Below, piece after piece: positions 1 through 9,114 of a stretch of DNA of 64,000 bases. Each line of letters starts with the position of its first letter. Position 1 is the stretch's first letter. Source of the DNA: a virus (lineage: Duplodnaviria > Caudoviricetes); IMG/VR virus record IMGVR_UViG_3300042327_001260, positions 64,045-128,044 of that record; one strand, given 5' to 3'. The notes under the pieces were generated by a model. The model worked only from the letters and a program-made list of their open reading frames with translations. It was not told the DNA's origin and ran no database searches. The position numbers were made by a program, and so were the translations under genes.

Positions 1-1219
1 TTGCAACCCATTTTTTAACATCACTATTTGTATCCCACCAAGACGGATCAGTACTAAATATATCAAAGGCTTTACCTGTATGGTGTTGGCTAAATCCAGG
101 TATAGTATTATAACTCTGAACATCGTCTATTGTTCTACCCCCTTTAACTTTAGTACCAAAGTTTACTACTTGATCATCATAACTTCTATAATCTGAAATA
201 ATGTCGGTAGTAACTTTTGTAAATTGTTTTTTACAATCTTTAATTAACTTTTTTATTTGTTTCTTCGCTTCACTGTCAACACCACCAGCATCTTCGGTTG
301 TATCACCCTCTTGATCCATTTCTTTTTTAAGATGGTAATCGGTAATGTTTACCCCCCAATTTGTTTTTAATTTATCAACTGCCTTTTTAACGTCAGAAGG
401 TAAATTATCATAAATTGATCCTGTTTTATTTCCATTATCAATTTTTATTTCATCATTAATTGAATTCCTAATTTTAAATACGTCAGATTCGAAATTATCT
501 TTTTTCCCGTTTTGGACAAAAACAAAATATTTATCTTCCATACCTGAAGGATCTTCATCACAAACAGTTACACTTTTAGTCGAACCTTTAACCGATTCGT
601 GGGTTTCCGTTCTACATTTTTGTGTTGTCGGGTAGTATTCCCAGTGTAAGTGGGGTCCTGTACCAACACCCTTATTTCCCACAGTGGCAACAATATCTCC
701 TGGTAATACAGTCTCACCGTTTTCAAAGTACACACTATCACAGTGACAGTATTTAGTTATACTATTATCGTAGTGTTTTATTTTAAAACAAACGGGACCC
801 TTATCTTGTATCACCCCTTTCTTTAATATTGCAATAGGTACTCCTGTACTATTTGCATAATCTCTACCGGCATGCCAATGCCAATCACAGTATCTAACCT
901 TTTTACCACAGAGACTCCAAATCGGTCCCCTCCAACCGTAAGTTTTACCTCTTTTGACTGACCCAGAATAATAATTACTTGTATTTAATTTATTTATGTT
1001 TATTAAATTAGTTGAACTATAGTCATCCACATCACTATTTGATAAAACCTCATTTTCAGGATTTTTATAATCTCTATCAAAAGGTTTATTTGTGGTAAAA
1101 TCAAAACCACGAGTATCACCGACTTTTTTACCCCCAGATGTTTCCCAATCTTTAAAGTAATGTCCGTAACCTTGTTCGGCAATTTCTTCCTTTAATATGT
1201 TAAGTAATTTTAAATACAT
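1..1219 (-). CDS. Two-domain peptidoglycan peptidase, M23 plus M15B/VanY-like; runs off the window start
   Basis: Not in the ORF track; translated by hand from ATG 1219. Starts MYLKLLNILKEEI. Has WHAGRDYA (M23 HxxxD), YCHCD and GTGPHLHWEY (M23 HxH), then RSYDDQ...PGFSQHHTGKAFD (M15B SxHxxGxAxD). Confidence 0.85.
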   Translation of the reverse strand, partial: MYLKLLNILKEEIAEQGYGHYFKDWETSGGKKVGDTRGFDFTTNKPFDRDYKNPENEVLSNSDVDDYSSTNLININKLNTSNYYSGSVKRGKTYGWRGPIWSLCGKKVRYCDWHWHAGRDYANSTGVPIAILKKGVIQDKGPVCFKIKHYDNSITKYCHCDSVYFENGETVLPGDIVATVGNKGVGTGPHLHWEYYPTTQKCRTETHESVKGSTKSVTVCDEDPSGMEDKYFVFVQNGKKDNFESDVFKIRNSINDEIKIDNGNKTGSIYDNLPSDVKKAVDKLKTNWGVNITDYHLKKEMDQEGDTTEDAGGVDSEAKKQIKKLIKDCKKQFTKVTTDIISDYRSYDDQVVNFGTKVKGGRTIDDVQSYNTIPGFSQHHTGKAFDIFSTDPSWWDTNSDVKKWVA

Positions 1220-1316
1220 ATACTATAAATACCTTAAATGTTAATTAATATATAACATATGAAAACTTACAAGTAAAACTAATTACTAAATGAATAAAAA
1301 TTAATATTTATTACAT

Positions 1317-3518
1317 ATGAAACTAATAAAATATCTTATGATGTTTATAACCTTTTATGGTTATTCACAATACTGCCCTTATTTGGGTCCGAATCAAATA
1401 TTACCTTGTGGTGTAAACTCAACAACACTTACTGCAGATTTAAGTCAATGCGGTGTAGGACAAAACCCAAATGCAACAACCAATTACCAAAACACACAAA
1501 TACCATATGTTGCGCAAACAAATACAGGAACGTCTTTAATTATGTCCGATGACTCACAACAAGGACCTTTCAATATAGGATTTACTTTTTGTTTTTATGG
1601 AAACACATACAATCAGTTTTATGTCGGTAGTAATGGTTGGGTATCATTTTCCCCTAACCAACCTGTAACGTATACATCTGCTAGTATTCCTTCAGCAGCA
1701 AATCCCGTTAATTCAATTATGGGTGCATGGCAAGATTGGCATCCAGGTTTAGGTGGACAAATTAGGTATCAAGTACAAGGAACCGCACCTTGCCGTAAAT
1801 TAGTTGTTAGTTGGGTAAATGTCCCTTTTTATTCATGTACATCAATAAATGGTACATTTCATATAGTCCTTTATGAATCAACAAATGTTATTGAGGTTCA
1901 TATTCAAAATAAACAATTTTGTGCTTGGGCAAATGGAACCGCAGTTCAAGGTATTCAAAACATTAATGGAACACAAGCAGTGACAACGCCAGGTAGAAAC
2001 TCATCACAATGGACGGCACAAAATGATGGACGTAGATGGACACCATCAGGACCAACAGTAACCCCAACATTGACTTGGTATCAAGTCGGTAATCCAAATC
2101 CTATTGGTACAGGTCCGACAATAACTGTTACTCCACCACAACAGGGGGCTAATTATACTTGCCAATTTGTTTACCCTTCTTGTAATGCGGGGTGGGCAAC
2201 ATGTAACAATAATGGTGGGTTGGGTCCTGATACTGTTTTTGTACAACCAGGACCACCAAATTTACCACAACCTATTATTAATTTTACAAACCCAACATGT
2301 AATTCATATTGTGATGGTACCATAGATGTAATACCACAAGGAGGTAACGGTGTTCAAACTATATCTTGGATCGGTTCACAACCACCACAGTTTAATCAAA
2401 CATCACTTTGTTCAGGTAATTATTCTTTTACAATAACTGATGCTGCTGGATGTACAGTATCTTCTAATGTTACGTTAGTTAATCCACCACAAATTTTTAT
2501 AACACCGATTAGTGGTGAGGATACTATTTGTTACCTTTCTAATTTAGAAACATACACTGTACCTACTATGGGTAACGGATTTATTTATACATGGATGTCA
2601 AATTCAAATATAACAGGTGGACAGGGAACTGAAACCATATCAACCGATTGGTCTCAATTACCTTCAGGGTTTTATCAAAATTCTGTAAGTGTTTACACAA
2701 CAAATCAAAATGGTTGTTATAGTGATACGTCATATTTTAATACATTTATTTTAAATATAAACCCAACAATAACCCCAATCGGACCTTTTTGTTCTTATGA
2801 TGGTTGTGTTAGTTTAAATGCATCACCATTAGGTGGGGTTTTTAGTGGAGATAACGTTTTAAATAATCAGTTTTGTCCTTCACCGAATAATATATTAAAT
2901 AATGTGACTTACACCTACAACCAATCAAACTGTATTTTTGACACTACAATTAACGTTACAGTAAACCCACAGCCAATCATTTTACCAATAACTCCGTCAG
3001 ATGAATTTTTTGAACTTTGTGAAGGGGATTCTTTACCTAAAGTTTACACCACAAGTTCTAATTTATCAGGATTATTTGATTGGATAATAAACAATGATAC
3101 CATTGAGGGTAACCCAATATCATATACTTGGTTACAGGAGGGGTTATATACTATAACGGTAACACAAACATCGGACTATGGTTGTATATCACAACCACAA
3201 CAAACCACGATTAGTATTGATAAGTGTCCCGAAGAATTAATCTTTATACCTAATACTTTTACACCTGATGGTGATGAAAATAACAATGAATGGTATCCTG
3301 TTTTCACTTCAGGTTATGATCCATATAGATTTGAACTATTAATTTTTAATAGATGGGGTAATACAATATGGGAAAGTTATAACCCATCAGCAAAATGGGA
3401 TGGTACATATGACGGTAAAAAATGTCAAGACGGTGTTTATTTTTGGACAATAACTTACGGAGTTGAGGGTACTGACGAAAGAAAAGTAATACACGGACAT
3501 TTAACAATTATTCGTTAG
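1317..3518 (+). CDS. Secreted adhesin-like protein with T9SS type B (gliding-motility/CHU_C) C-terminal domain
   Basis: N-terminal signal peptide, nidogen-like region and SprB-like repeat. C-terminus reads IPNTFTPDGDENN..IFNRWG..WDGT..DGVYFW..GHLTIIR. Confidence 0.9.
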   Translation: MKLIKYLMMFITFYGYSQYCPYLGPNQILPCGVNSTTLTADLSQCGVGQNPNATTNYQNTQIPYVAQTNTGTSLIMSDDSQQGPFNIGFTFCFYGNTYNQFYVGSNGWVSFSPNQPVTYTSASIPSAANPVNSIMGAWQDWHPGLGGQIRYQVQGTAPCRKLVVSWVNVPFYSCTSINGTFHIVLYESTNVIEVHIQNKQFCAWANGTAVQGIQNINGTQAVTTPGRNSSQWTAQNDGRRWTPSGPTVTPTLTWYQVGNPNPIGTGPTITVTPPQQGANYTCQFVYPSCNAGWATCNNNGGLGPDTVFVQPGPPNLPQPIINFTNPTCNSYCDGTIDVIPQGGNGVQTISWIGSQPPQFNQTSLCSGNYSFTITDAAGCTVSSNVTLVNPPQIFITPISGEDTICYLSNLETYTVPTMGNGFIYTWMSNSNITGGQGTETISTDWSQLPSGFYQNSVSVYTTNQNGCYSDTSYFNTFILNINPTITPIGPFCSYDGCVSLNASPLGGVFSGDNVLNNQFCPSPNNILNNVTYTYNQSNCIFDTTINVTVNPQPIILPITPSDEFFELCEGDSLPKVYTTSSNLSGLFDWIINNDTIEGNPISYTWLQEGLYTITVTQTSDYGCISQPQQTTISIDKCPEELIFIPNTFTPDGDENNNEWYPVFTSGYDPYRFELLIFNRWGNTIWESYNPSAKWDGTYDGKKCQDGVYFWTITYGVEGTDERKVIHGHLTIIR

Positions 3519-3690
3519 TTCCTAAAATCATACCTATTTCTAAAAGCTCCTTTATTGTTTTATTTAAAGGGGCTTTAATAAAATATGTCCCATCTTCCTG
3601 TCTAAAAAAACACCATCCACTTAACATGGAATGTAATTTTTCGTAGGTTTCTTTATCTTTAACTTTATAAGTTTTTAATCCCACCACCAT
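3508..3690 (-). CDS. Hypothetical protein
   Basis: Last of three overlapping minus-strand ORFs; plausible composition. Confidence 0.55.
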   Translation of the reverse strand: MVVGLKTYKVKDKETYEKLHSMLSGWCFFRQEDGTYFIKAPLNKTIKELLEIGMILGTNE

Positions 3691-4265
3691 CTCATTCTTT
3701 CTTTTAAAATTTTAAACAATAAATCATGTGCCTTTTTCTCATTATGTTTTGCAACATAATAACATAAATCTCTTTTATCTAAACCTGATTTCTTTTTCAA
3801 TACTTTACGAACACTTGATGGGTACTTTCTTAAATAAGCATCGTAATTCTCTGATATAACATCTTCCTCCATTGAATAAAGTTCTCTACCTCCCTCCACA
3901 GGTTCAAATCTGAATTTAGTTTCAGAGTAATCAAGATACTCAGCCCCATAATATTCTTCTTTTACTCTTTCTATTAGGTTTAAAACAATAGTCATATCAC
4001 GATTATCGCGATCAACTTGCATATGACGGTTTGCGTAGATAATTTCTTTTCTTTGAAATTCTATCTTTTTCTGAAGGATTGTAAATATGTACCAATCGTC
4101 CCAATCCTTATCTTTATATAAAGTGGGTATCCATCTTAGGATATTTTTTATACCTCCAAAAAAGTATCTTATTCTCCAATGTGTTTTTCGCCATAAGAAT
4201 GGTAAAACTCCTTTTCTATTCCAAGCGGAGTCTTCAGGGATTGTCAGTTTTTTGTAATTTTTCAT
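3675..4265 (-). CDS. Hypothetical phage protein
   Basis: 196 aa ORF, Trp-rich, ends RWWWD. Confidence 0.8.
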   Translation of the reverse strand: MKNYKKLTIPEDSAWNRKGVLPFLWRKTHWRIRYFFGGIKNILRWIPTLYKDKDWDDWYIFTILQKKIEFQRKEIIYANRHMQVDRDNRDMTIVLNLIERVKEEYYGAEYLDYSETKFRFEPVEGGRELYSMEEDVISENYDAYLRKYPSSVRKVLKKKSGLDKRDLCYYVAKHNEKKAHDLLFKILKERMRWWWD

Positions 4266-4449
4266 TTTCTTTTTCTTTGTATTGCAAATATAGTGAAAAA
4301 ATTACTAATAAGTTAATAAAAACACATAAAAAAGATTCTAAAATCCAATGCCAATCAGTTTGTGTCATGGACACATGTGTCCCGAACCACATGAAAGAAC
4401 CATATTTATTCATAAGTTCAACCAACAAATACTTCAAAAATTTTATCAT
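4234..4449 (-). CDS. Small membrane protein
   Basis: 71 aa with hydrophobic segments; overlaps the start of the next gene. Confidence 0.6.
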   Translation of the reverse strand: MIKFLKYLLVELMNKYGSFMWFGTHVSMTQTDWHWILESFLCVFINLLVIFSLYLQYKEKENEKLQKTDNP

Positions 4450-4485
4450 ACCATTACTATTACGTTTATATTAATATTTATCTAT

Positions 4486-4815
4486 ATGAGTGAAAAAAAC
4501 TTTAATGAACCAAATCCAAAACTTAAAAAAAAAGATAGGATAATTGTGTGGTATGTTGCTGGAGAAGATATCCCAACACAATCAAAAGGTATTGTTATAG
4601 GGATTAATAACCTACCAAAACATAAACCAACAGATTGTGGATATGGTTATTGGGTTGAGTTTTATGATAAAGACACTAATGAATTCATAACAAAACTAAC
4701 TCTAATACCTGAAGACGATATTTGGTTTTTTGATAAAGATTATTATGAAAATGAAAATTTAAAAGAAAGTTTATTTTCAATAACTAAAAAAAACATAAAC
4801 AAAATAAAATTATAA
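4486..4815 (+). CDS. Hypothetical protein (start revised to MSEKNF)
   Basis: ATG 4486 lies 4 nt after TATTTAT; the longer ORF start overlaps the minus-strand gene. Confidence 0.7.
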   Translation: MSEKNFNEPNPKLKKKDRIIVWYVAGEDIPTQSKGIVIGINNLPKHKPTDCGYGYWVEFYDKDTNEFITKLTLIPEDDIWFFDKDYYENENLKESLFSITKKNINKIKL

Positions 4816-4817
4816 TT

Positions 4818-5303
4818 ATGAAAGGATTTATAGGCTTAACACAGTCAGCTAAAGAAGACATATTAAAACAACACAGTGAAACATATAATGGTTACTCTGT
4901 TGGTAACGTACCATCTAACATGTACCCAATAACAACATTTAATGACGCAAGAGACACTAATGGAATTACCGTAGATATGAATGGGAATGTAAAATCATAC
5001 ACAAACCATAAAATAAATGAAATTGCTGCTAAAAATTTACATTATGATGAAATTGATTCTGCTTATGAGTTTGACTCCGATGGTCCACAACAAAGTATGG
5101 TACAACCTAATTTAGGTAAAAGACCTTATGATTTTGATTCAAAAGGACCTGTTGATGTTTATGAAGATGATGAAGACTTTTTTGATGTTTATGATTCTGA
5201 CTTTACTGATTCTGATGACATTAAAGATGATGACAAAATAAATGATATAACAGAAAGTGTTAATAAAAGTTTAGAAATGTTTAGAAAATTTAAAAATTAC
5301 TAA
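4818..5303 (+). CDS. Acidic hypothetical protein with leader motif
   Basis: Leader MKGFIGLTQSAKEDILKQH; repeated Y(E/D)FDSxGP; C-terminal ITES. Confidence 0.8.
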   Translation: MKGFIGLTQSAKEDILKQHSETYNGYSVGNVPSNMYPITTFNDARDTNGITVDMNGNVKSYTNHKINEIAAKNLHYDEIDSAYEFDSDGPQQSMVQPNLGKRPYDFDSKGPVDVYEDDEDFFDVYDSDFTDSDDIKDDDKINDITESVNKSLEMFRKFKNY

Positions 5304-5304
5304 A

Positions 5305-5610
5305 ATGGAAGTAATAGACATATTATCTCATTATATAGATAAGACTCAAAATTTAATAATTGTTGAGTTCAGAATGATGGGTGATGACGATGAGGTAGTT
5401 AGAGAAGATTTTATTGAATATTCTTATTTTGAAGAGTTTGGTTTTGATAAAAATAAAAACTTTGAAATATTTGAGTCTTTAATCGAGGAAGGTGATGAGT
5501 GGGAGGATGATGACGTTGATTATATTTCAGATGAATCATCACTAATTAATTTTTTAAACGAATATTATGTTGTTTATCCAAAAAAAATACCTAAACCAGA
5601 ATTTAAATAA
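5305..5610 (+). CDS. Acidic hypothetical protein
   Basis: 101 aa, tightly packed in the operon. Confidence 0.8.
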   Translation: MEVIDILSHYIDKTQNLIIVEFRMMGDDDEVVREDFIEYSYFEEFGFDKNKNFEIFESLIEEGDEWEDDDVDYISDESSLINFLNEYYVVYPKKIPKPEFK

Positions 5611-5612
5611 AA

Positions 5613-7241
5613 ATGGGAAATTTATTAAATGAAATAAGACAATTTAGAAGATTTGTTAACTTAAATGAGGAGTTTTCTCCAATAAAAAATGTAATGTTTG
5701 GTGACGAACTAATTTATTTTTTATACGATGATGATATAACCATTATTAAAGAACTTAGTGATAAGTTTTTAACTATGACAGATTTAATTACTCGGTTGAG
5801 CAGTATGGAACCTGATTTTAGTATTGATCACGTATTTTTTTCAATAGGTACAGATGATAAGTTTAAAAACACTAATCAAATTTTTATTTTATCTAAAGAA
5901 ATTAGAAGAGCATTTCCAAAATCAAGATTAAACGTAATTAGAGCAATTATCGATGAATCTTATTTTTATTCGTATGAGGAAGATAAAGTTATTGATAATT
6001 TAGAATTAGAAATTGATAATTTTTATAATGTGTTTGATAAAGCCAATGTAAAAGTTATTGGTACATATAATTCTGTTGATTACGGTGGTGGGATTTCTAG
6101 AGAAAAAATTAATAATATTAAAACAGAAATTGCAAAATCAATATTAGACGATGTTACTGATATTGATATAAATTCACCAATAAATCAAAGTTTATCTTCA
6201 GAACCATTTATTAATGTTAATAATGATGTTATAGAAGGTGATGATGAAACTGACTTTGATACAATTTATGAATTTTTGGATAGATTTGAAAAGATTTATA
6301 AATCAGGAAATCAATATAATAGAAGAACCAACCAAACACATAAGTTAGATATCGAACAAATTCAAATAGCTCTTAATTTTTTATTAGACGAAGAAATTGA
6401 TATTAATGGTAAATATGATTTAGAAACTGAAGACTCTGTAATGTATTATCAGAGTTTAAAGGATTTACCGGAAACAGGAATTTGTGATAAAGAAACATTA
6501 GAAGAAATTTTTTACGATTTAAAAGTAAAAAGCTTCGATGAGGACGATCTTTCAAGGTATATCACTATTGATAGAGATATTATCCAAATGGAAAAAGAAA
6601 TAAGAAAATTTACAGGAACTGTTGATAGTGTTTGGAAAGGGTTTACTGATAAAATCATAGATAATTTTGAGGGAGGATATTGGAATAAAGATAGAACTAA
6701 ACCTGATAGTGAGAAATGTTTAAATCATCCATATGACCCGATGTATGATAATTCAGGAGAAACTATGTTCGGTATTGATAGAAGAGCCGGTGATTGGGAT
6801 AATGATTCTGCTGGTAGAGAATTTTTTGGTTTAATAGATGATGAAAAGGAAAGTGCGGGAAGTATGGTGGAATTCTGTAGTACTTGGGTTTATAACTATC
6901 GTGGTGGATCATTAAAAGAAGAATTAAAATTAAGAGCATCAGCACTAATGAAATCTTCATATGATAAAAATTCAAGATATTTTACTTCCGAGGCAAAAGA
7001 ATTAGTTGAATCAGATAAGAGGTTACTTTTTCATTTTGCTTACGCTTGTTGGAACGGTTCCGGATTTTTCCAAGATTTTGCAACAGATATTAATAATGCT
7101 GTAAGAGATGGTAAAATTGGTGATGAACTTGTTGACGTTGCTGTTGAATCAAGAAACAATCGTTTTAGTGGTACTGATTGGGCAGACGGTAACGCAAAGG
7201 TAGTTGATATAATCAAAAACGACGCAAGTTTACAGTCTTAA
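5613..7241 (+). CDS. Modular muramidase: peptidoglycan-binding domain plus GH108-like lysozyme domain
   Basis: PG_binding_1-like segment IEQIQIAL..INGKYDLETEDSVMYYQ..LPETGICDKET. GH108-like FEGGY...GETMFGID. Confidence 0.7.
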   Translation: MGNLLNEIRQFRRFVNLNEEFSPIKNVMFGDELIYFLYDDDITIIKELSDKFLTMTDLITRLSSMEPDFSIDHVFFSIGTDDKFKNTNQIFILSKEIRRAFPKSRLNVIRAIIDESYFYSYEEDKVIDNLELEIDNFYNVFDKANVKVIGTYNSVDYGGGISREKINNIKTEIAKSILDDVTDIDINSPINQSLSSEPFINVNNDVIEGDDETDFDTIYEFLDRFEKIYKSGNQYNRRTNQTHKLDIEQIQIALNFLLDEEIDINGKYDLETEDSVMYYQSLKDLPETGICDKETLEEIFYDLKVKSFDEDDLSRYITIDRDIIQMEKEIRKFTGTVDSVWKGFTDKIIDNFEGGYWNKDRTKPDSEKCLNHPYDPMYDNSGETMFGIDRRAGDWDNDSAGREFFGLIDDEKESAGSMVEFCSTWVYNYRGGSLKEELKLRASALMKSSYDKNSRYFTSEAKELVESDKRLLFHFAYACWNGSGFFQDFATDINNAVRDGKIGDELVDVAVESRNNRFSGTDWADGNAKVVDIIKNDASLQS

Positions 7242-7350
7242 CACATTTATTTAATACGTTTTTATTATATTTATTGGTATGTGCTCATACCATGTAAATT
7301 TTAGTAATTTCATTGCGATAATATACCTTAAAAAAACCAATTTTTTAGGT

Positions 7351-7653
7351 ATGAAGAACACTATTTCTATAGTTGTAACACCAACATTTAAAGTGGTAAA
7401 AATTGATACTATTTATAATACTAATATCCCTATAAAAAAAGGTGAAATTATTAATATAGAAAAATTCTCAAAATGGGTGGTAGATAATAAATACGACATG
7501 CACTTTTCAACAAAAAATTCAAAATTTAAAAGAGATCTTTATTTCTATTTTGATGATATTATTTTAAATAGTAATAACACAAAAAAAGGATTATTCAATA
7601 ATATTATGTCATATTTAAAATCTTTATTTAGTTTTATAATATTTATAAAATAA
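7351..7653 (+). CDS. Hypothetical protein (start uncertain, 7279 or 7351)
   Basis: ORF fills the gap; its stop overlaps the next ATG. Confidence 0.55.
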   Translation: MKNTISIVVTPTFKVVKIDTIYNTNIPIKKGEIINIEKFSKWVVDNKYDMHFSTKNSKFKRDLYFYFDDIILNSNNTKKGLFNNIMSYLKSLFSFIIFIK

Positions 7654-8048
7654 TGAATTTATTAGAACAAGACATAAAAAGAATAAAACAATTGATGATT
7701 TTAGAGGATCAATTGGATACTGACATTAATTTGGCTAAAACAGGTAGTGACCAAGATATAAAACAAAAAGGTCCGTCAACAGATGATGGTAATAACGATT
7801 CTGAAGATGGTATGAGTGAATCTGAGTTAGGAGAAGAAGAGGCGTCTACTGATACTACTACAGATACAAAATCCGATACAGGAGCATCAATCACGCCATG
7901 GGAAAGTGGTAGAACTTTAGGACCAACATATAAAGGACCAAACGCCAAATGGGAAAGTGGTGTTGGTAAGGGTCCTGGTAATAAAACTGCTACGGAAAAA
8001 TGGGCTTCAGGTAGAACCATGGGACCAACGGGGAAAAATTATAAGTAA
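7653..8048 (+). CDS. Small acidic protein with leader and three W(E/A)SGxxxGP repeats
   Basis: Leader MNLLEQDIKRIKQLMILE; repeats visible in the translation. Confidence 0.8.
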   Translation: MNLLEQDIKRIKQLMILEDQLDTDINLAKTGSDQDIKQKGPSTDDGNNDSEDGMSESELGEEEASTDTTTDTKSDTGASITPWESGRTLGPTYKGPNAKWESGVGKGPGNKTATEKWASGRTMGPTGKNYK

Positions 8049-9094
8049 TGATAAATAAAACTATATTATATGAAATAAATAATTATCGTAAATTAATGGG
8101 TTTATCTGCATTAGTGATTGAACAGGACGAACCAAAAGTTGAAGATAAAGAAGAAGAAAACATAAATATTGTTAATACTATTTTTGATGGTTCCGATTCT
8201 TCTGAAATTTTAGAACTATTAGAGGGGACTAATAAAACTTTGGGGGAGTTAATTAGTTCGGATTATTTAACGGAAAATGAATATAAAATTTTAATTAAAG
8301 TAGCTGAAATTAAAAACTTAAGTGCCTTTAATACAGTTATGGAAAACATTTATATTTCTGATGACTACAAAAAAGTGATAATAAATGAGTATAATTTAGA
8401 ATTAAATTTGTTTGTTGAAGAAATGAAATCAAGGGAGGGTATTACTAAATATGAATACCCTTCTTGTGTAAAAGAATTTACATATTCTTTAATTAATTTT
8501 TTAAATGAAGATTTTAAAAATGTAGAAAATACAATTTTAGGTGAGTACGAAAGTAAAATAAAAAATCAATGGGTTGATTATGAAATGAATGAAATCGCAA
8601 ATCAATATAACGAACATGCGATAGACGAAACCGACTATGTATTTTTATCTACAAAACAACCAAATTATAGTGGTTGGAAATTTTATCTATATGCTGAAAA
8701 TACAACAGATGTTATTGATCTACTTATTTTGGTGGGTGATTACCTTAAAAATAGTGGAGTAGTGTTTAAGGCGTCCACAAAAAAGAATTTTGATGGTGGA
8801 GTAAAAAAAGGTATAATCATATATCTTCCTTATGATATGGTTTTAAACAAAAAACAAAAAGAATTTATAGATTACATTAGTAATGAAATAACAAATTATA
8901 CTAAAACCGGAACGATAGATGGCACAAAATCATATAATAGTAAAATATTTTATTCTTATGAGTTTAACAAAAAATTTGACAAGTTACCAAAAGGGGGTGT
9001 TAAATACGACGAACTAAGTAAATTTTATATACCTAATACGGGTGGTGATTATATGAAAAATATAAAACAATCAGATTTATTTGATACGGAATAA
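8048..9094 (+). CDS. Leader-bearing protein with C-terminal LanKC-lyase/phosphothreonine-lyase-like domain
   Basis: SGWKFYLY...GVVFKAS...KKGIIIYLP resembles the GWKxHxS..FK..GKxITIYP pattern. ORF is certain, function tentative. Confidence 0.55.
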   Translation: MINKTILYEINNYRKLMGLSALVIEQDEPKVEDKEEENINIVNTIFDGSDSSEILELLEGTNKTLGELISSDYLTENEYKILIKVAEIKNLSAFNTVMENIYISDDYKKVIINEYNLELNLFVEEMKSREGITKYEYPSCVKEFTYSLINFLNEDFKNVENTILGEYESKIKNQWVDYEMNEIANQYNEHAIDETDYVFLSTKQPNYSGWKFYLYAENTTDVIDLLILVGDYLKNSGVVFKASTKKNFDGGVKKGIIIYLPYDMVLNKKQKEFIDYISNEITNYTKTGTIDGTKSYNSKIFYSYEFNKKFDKLPKGGVKYDELSKFYIPNTGGDYMKNIKQSDLFDTE

Positions 9095-9114
9095 AAAAAC
9101 ATAAAAAAATAAAA

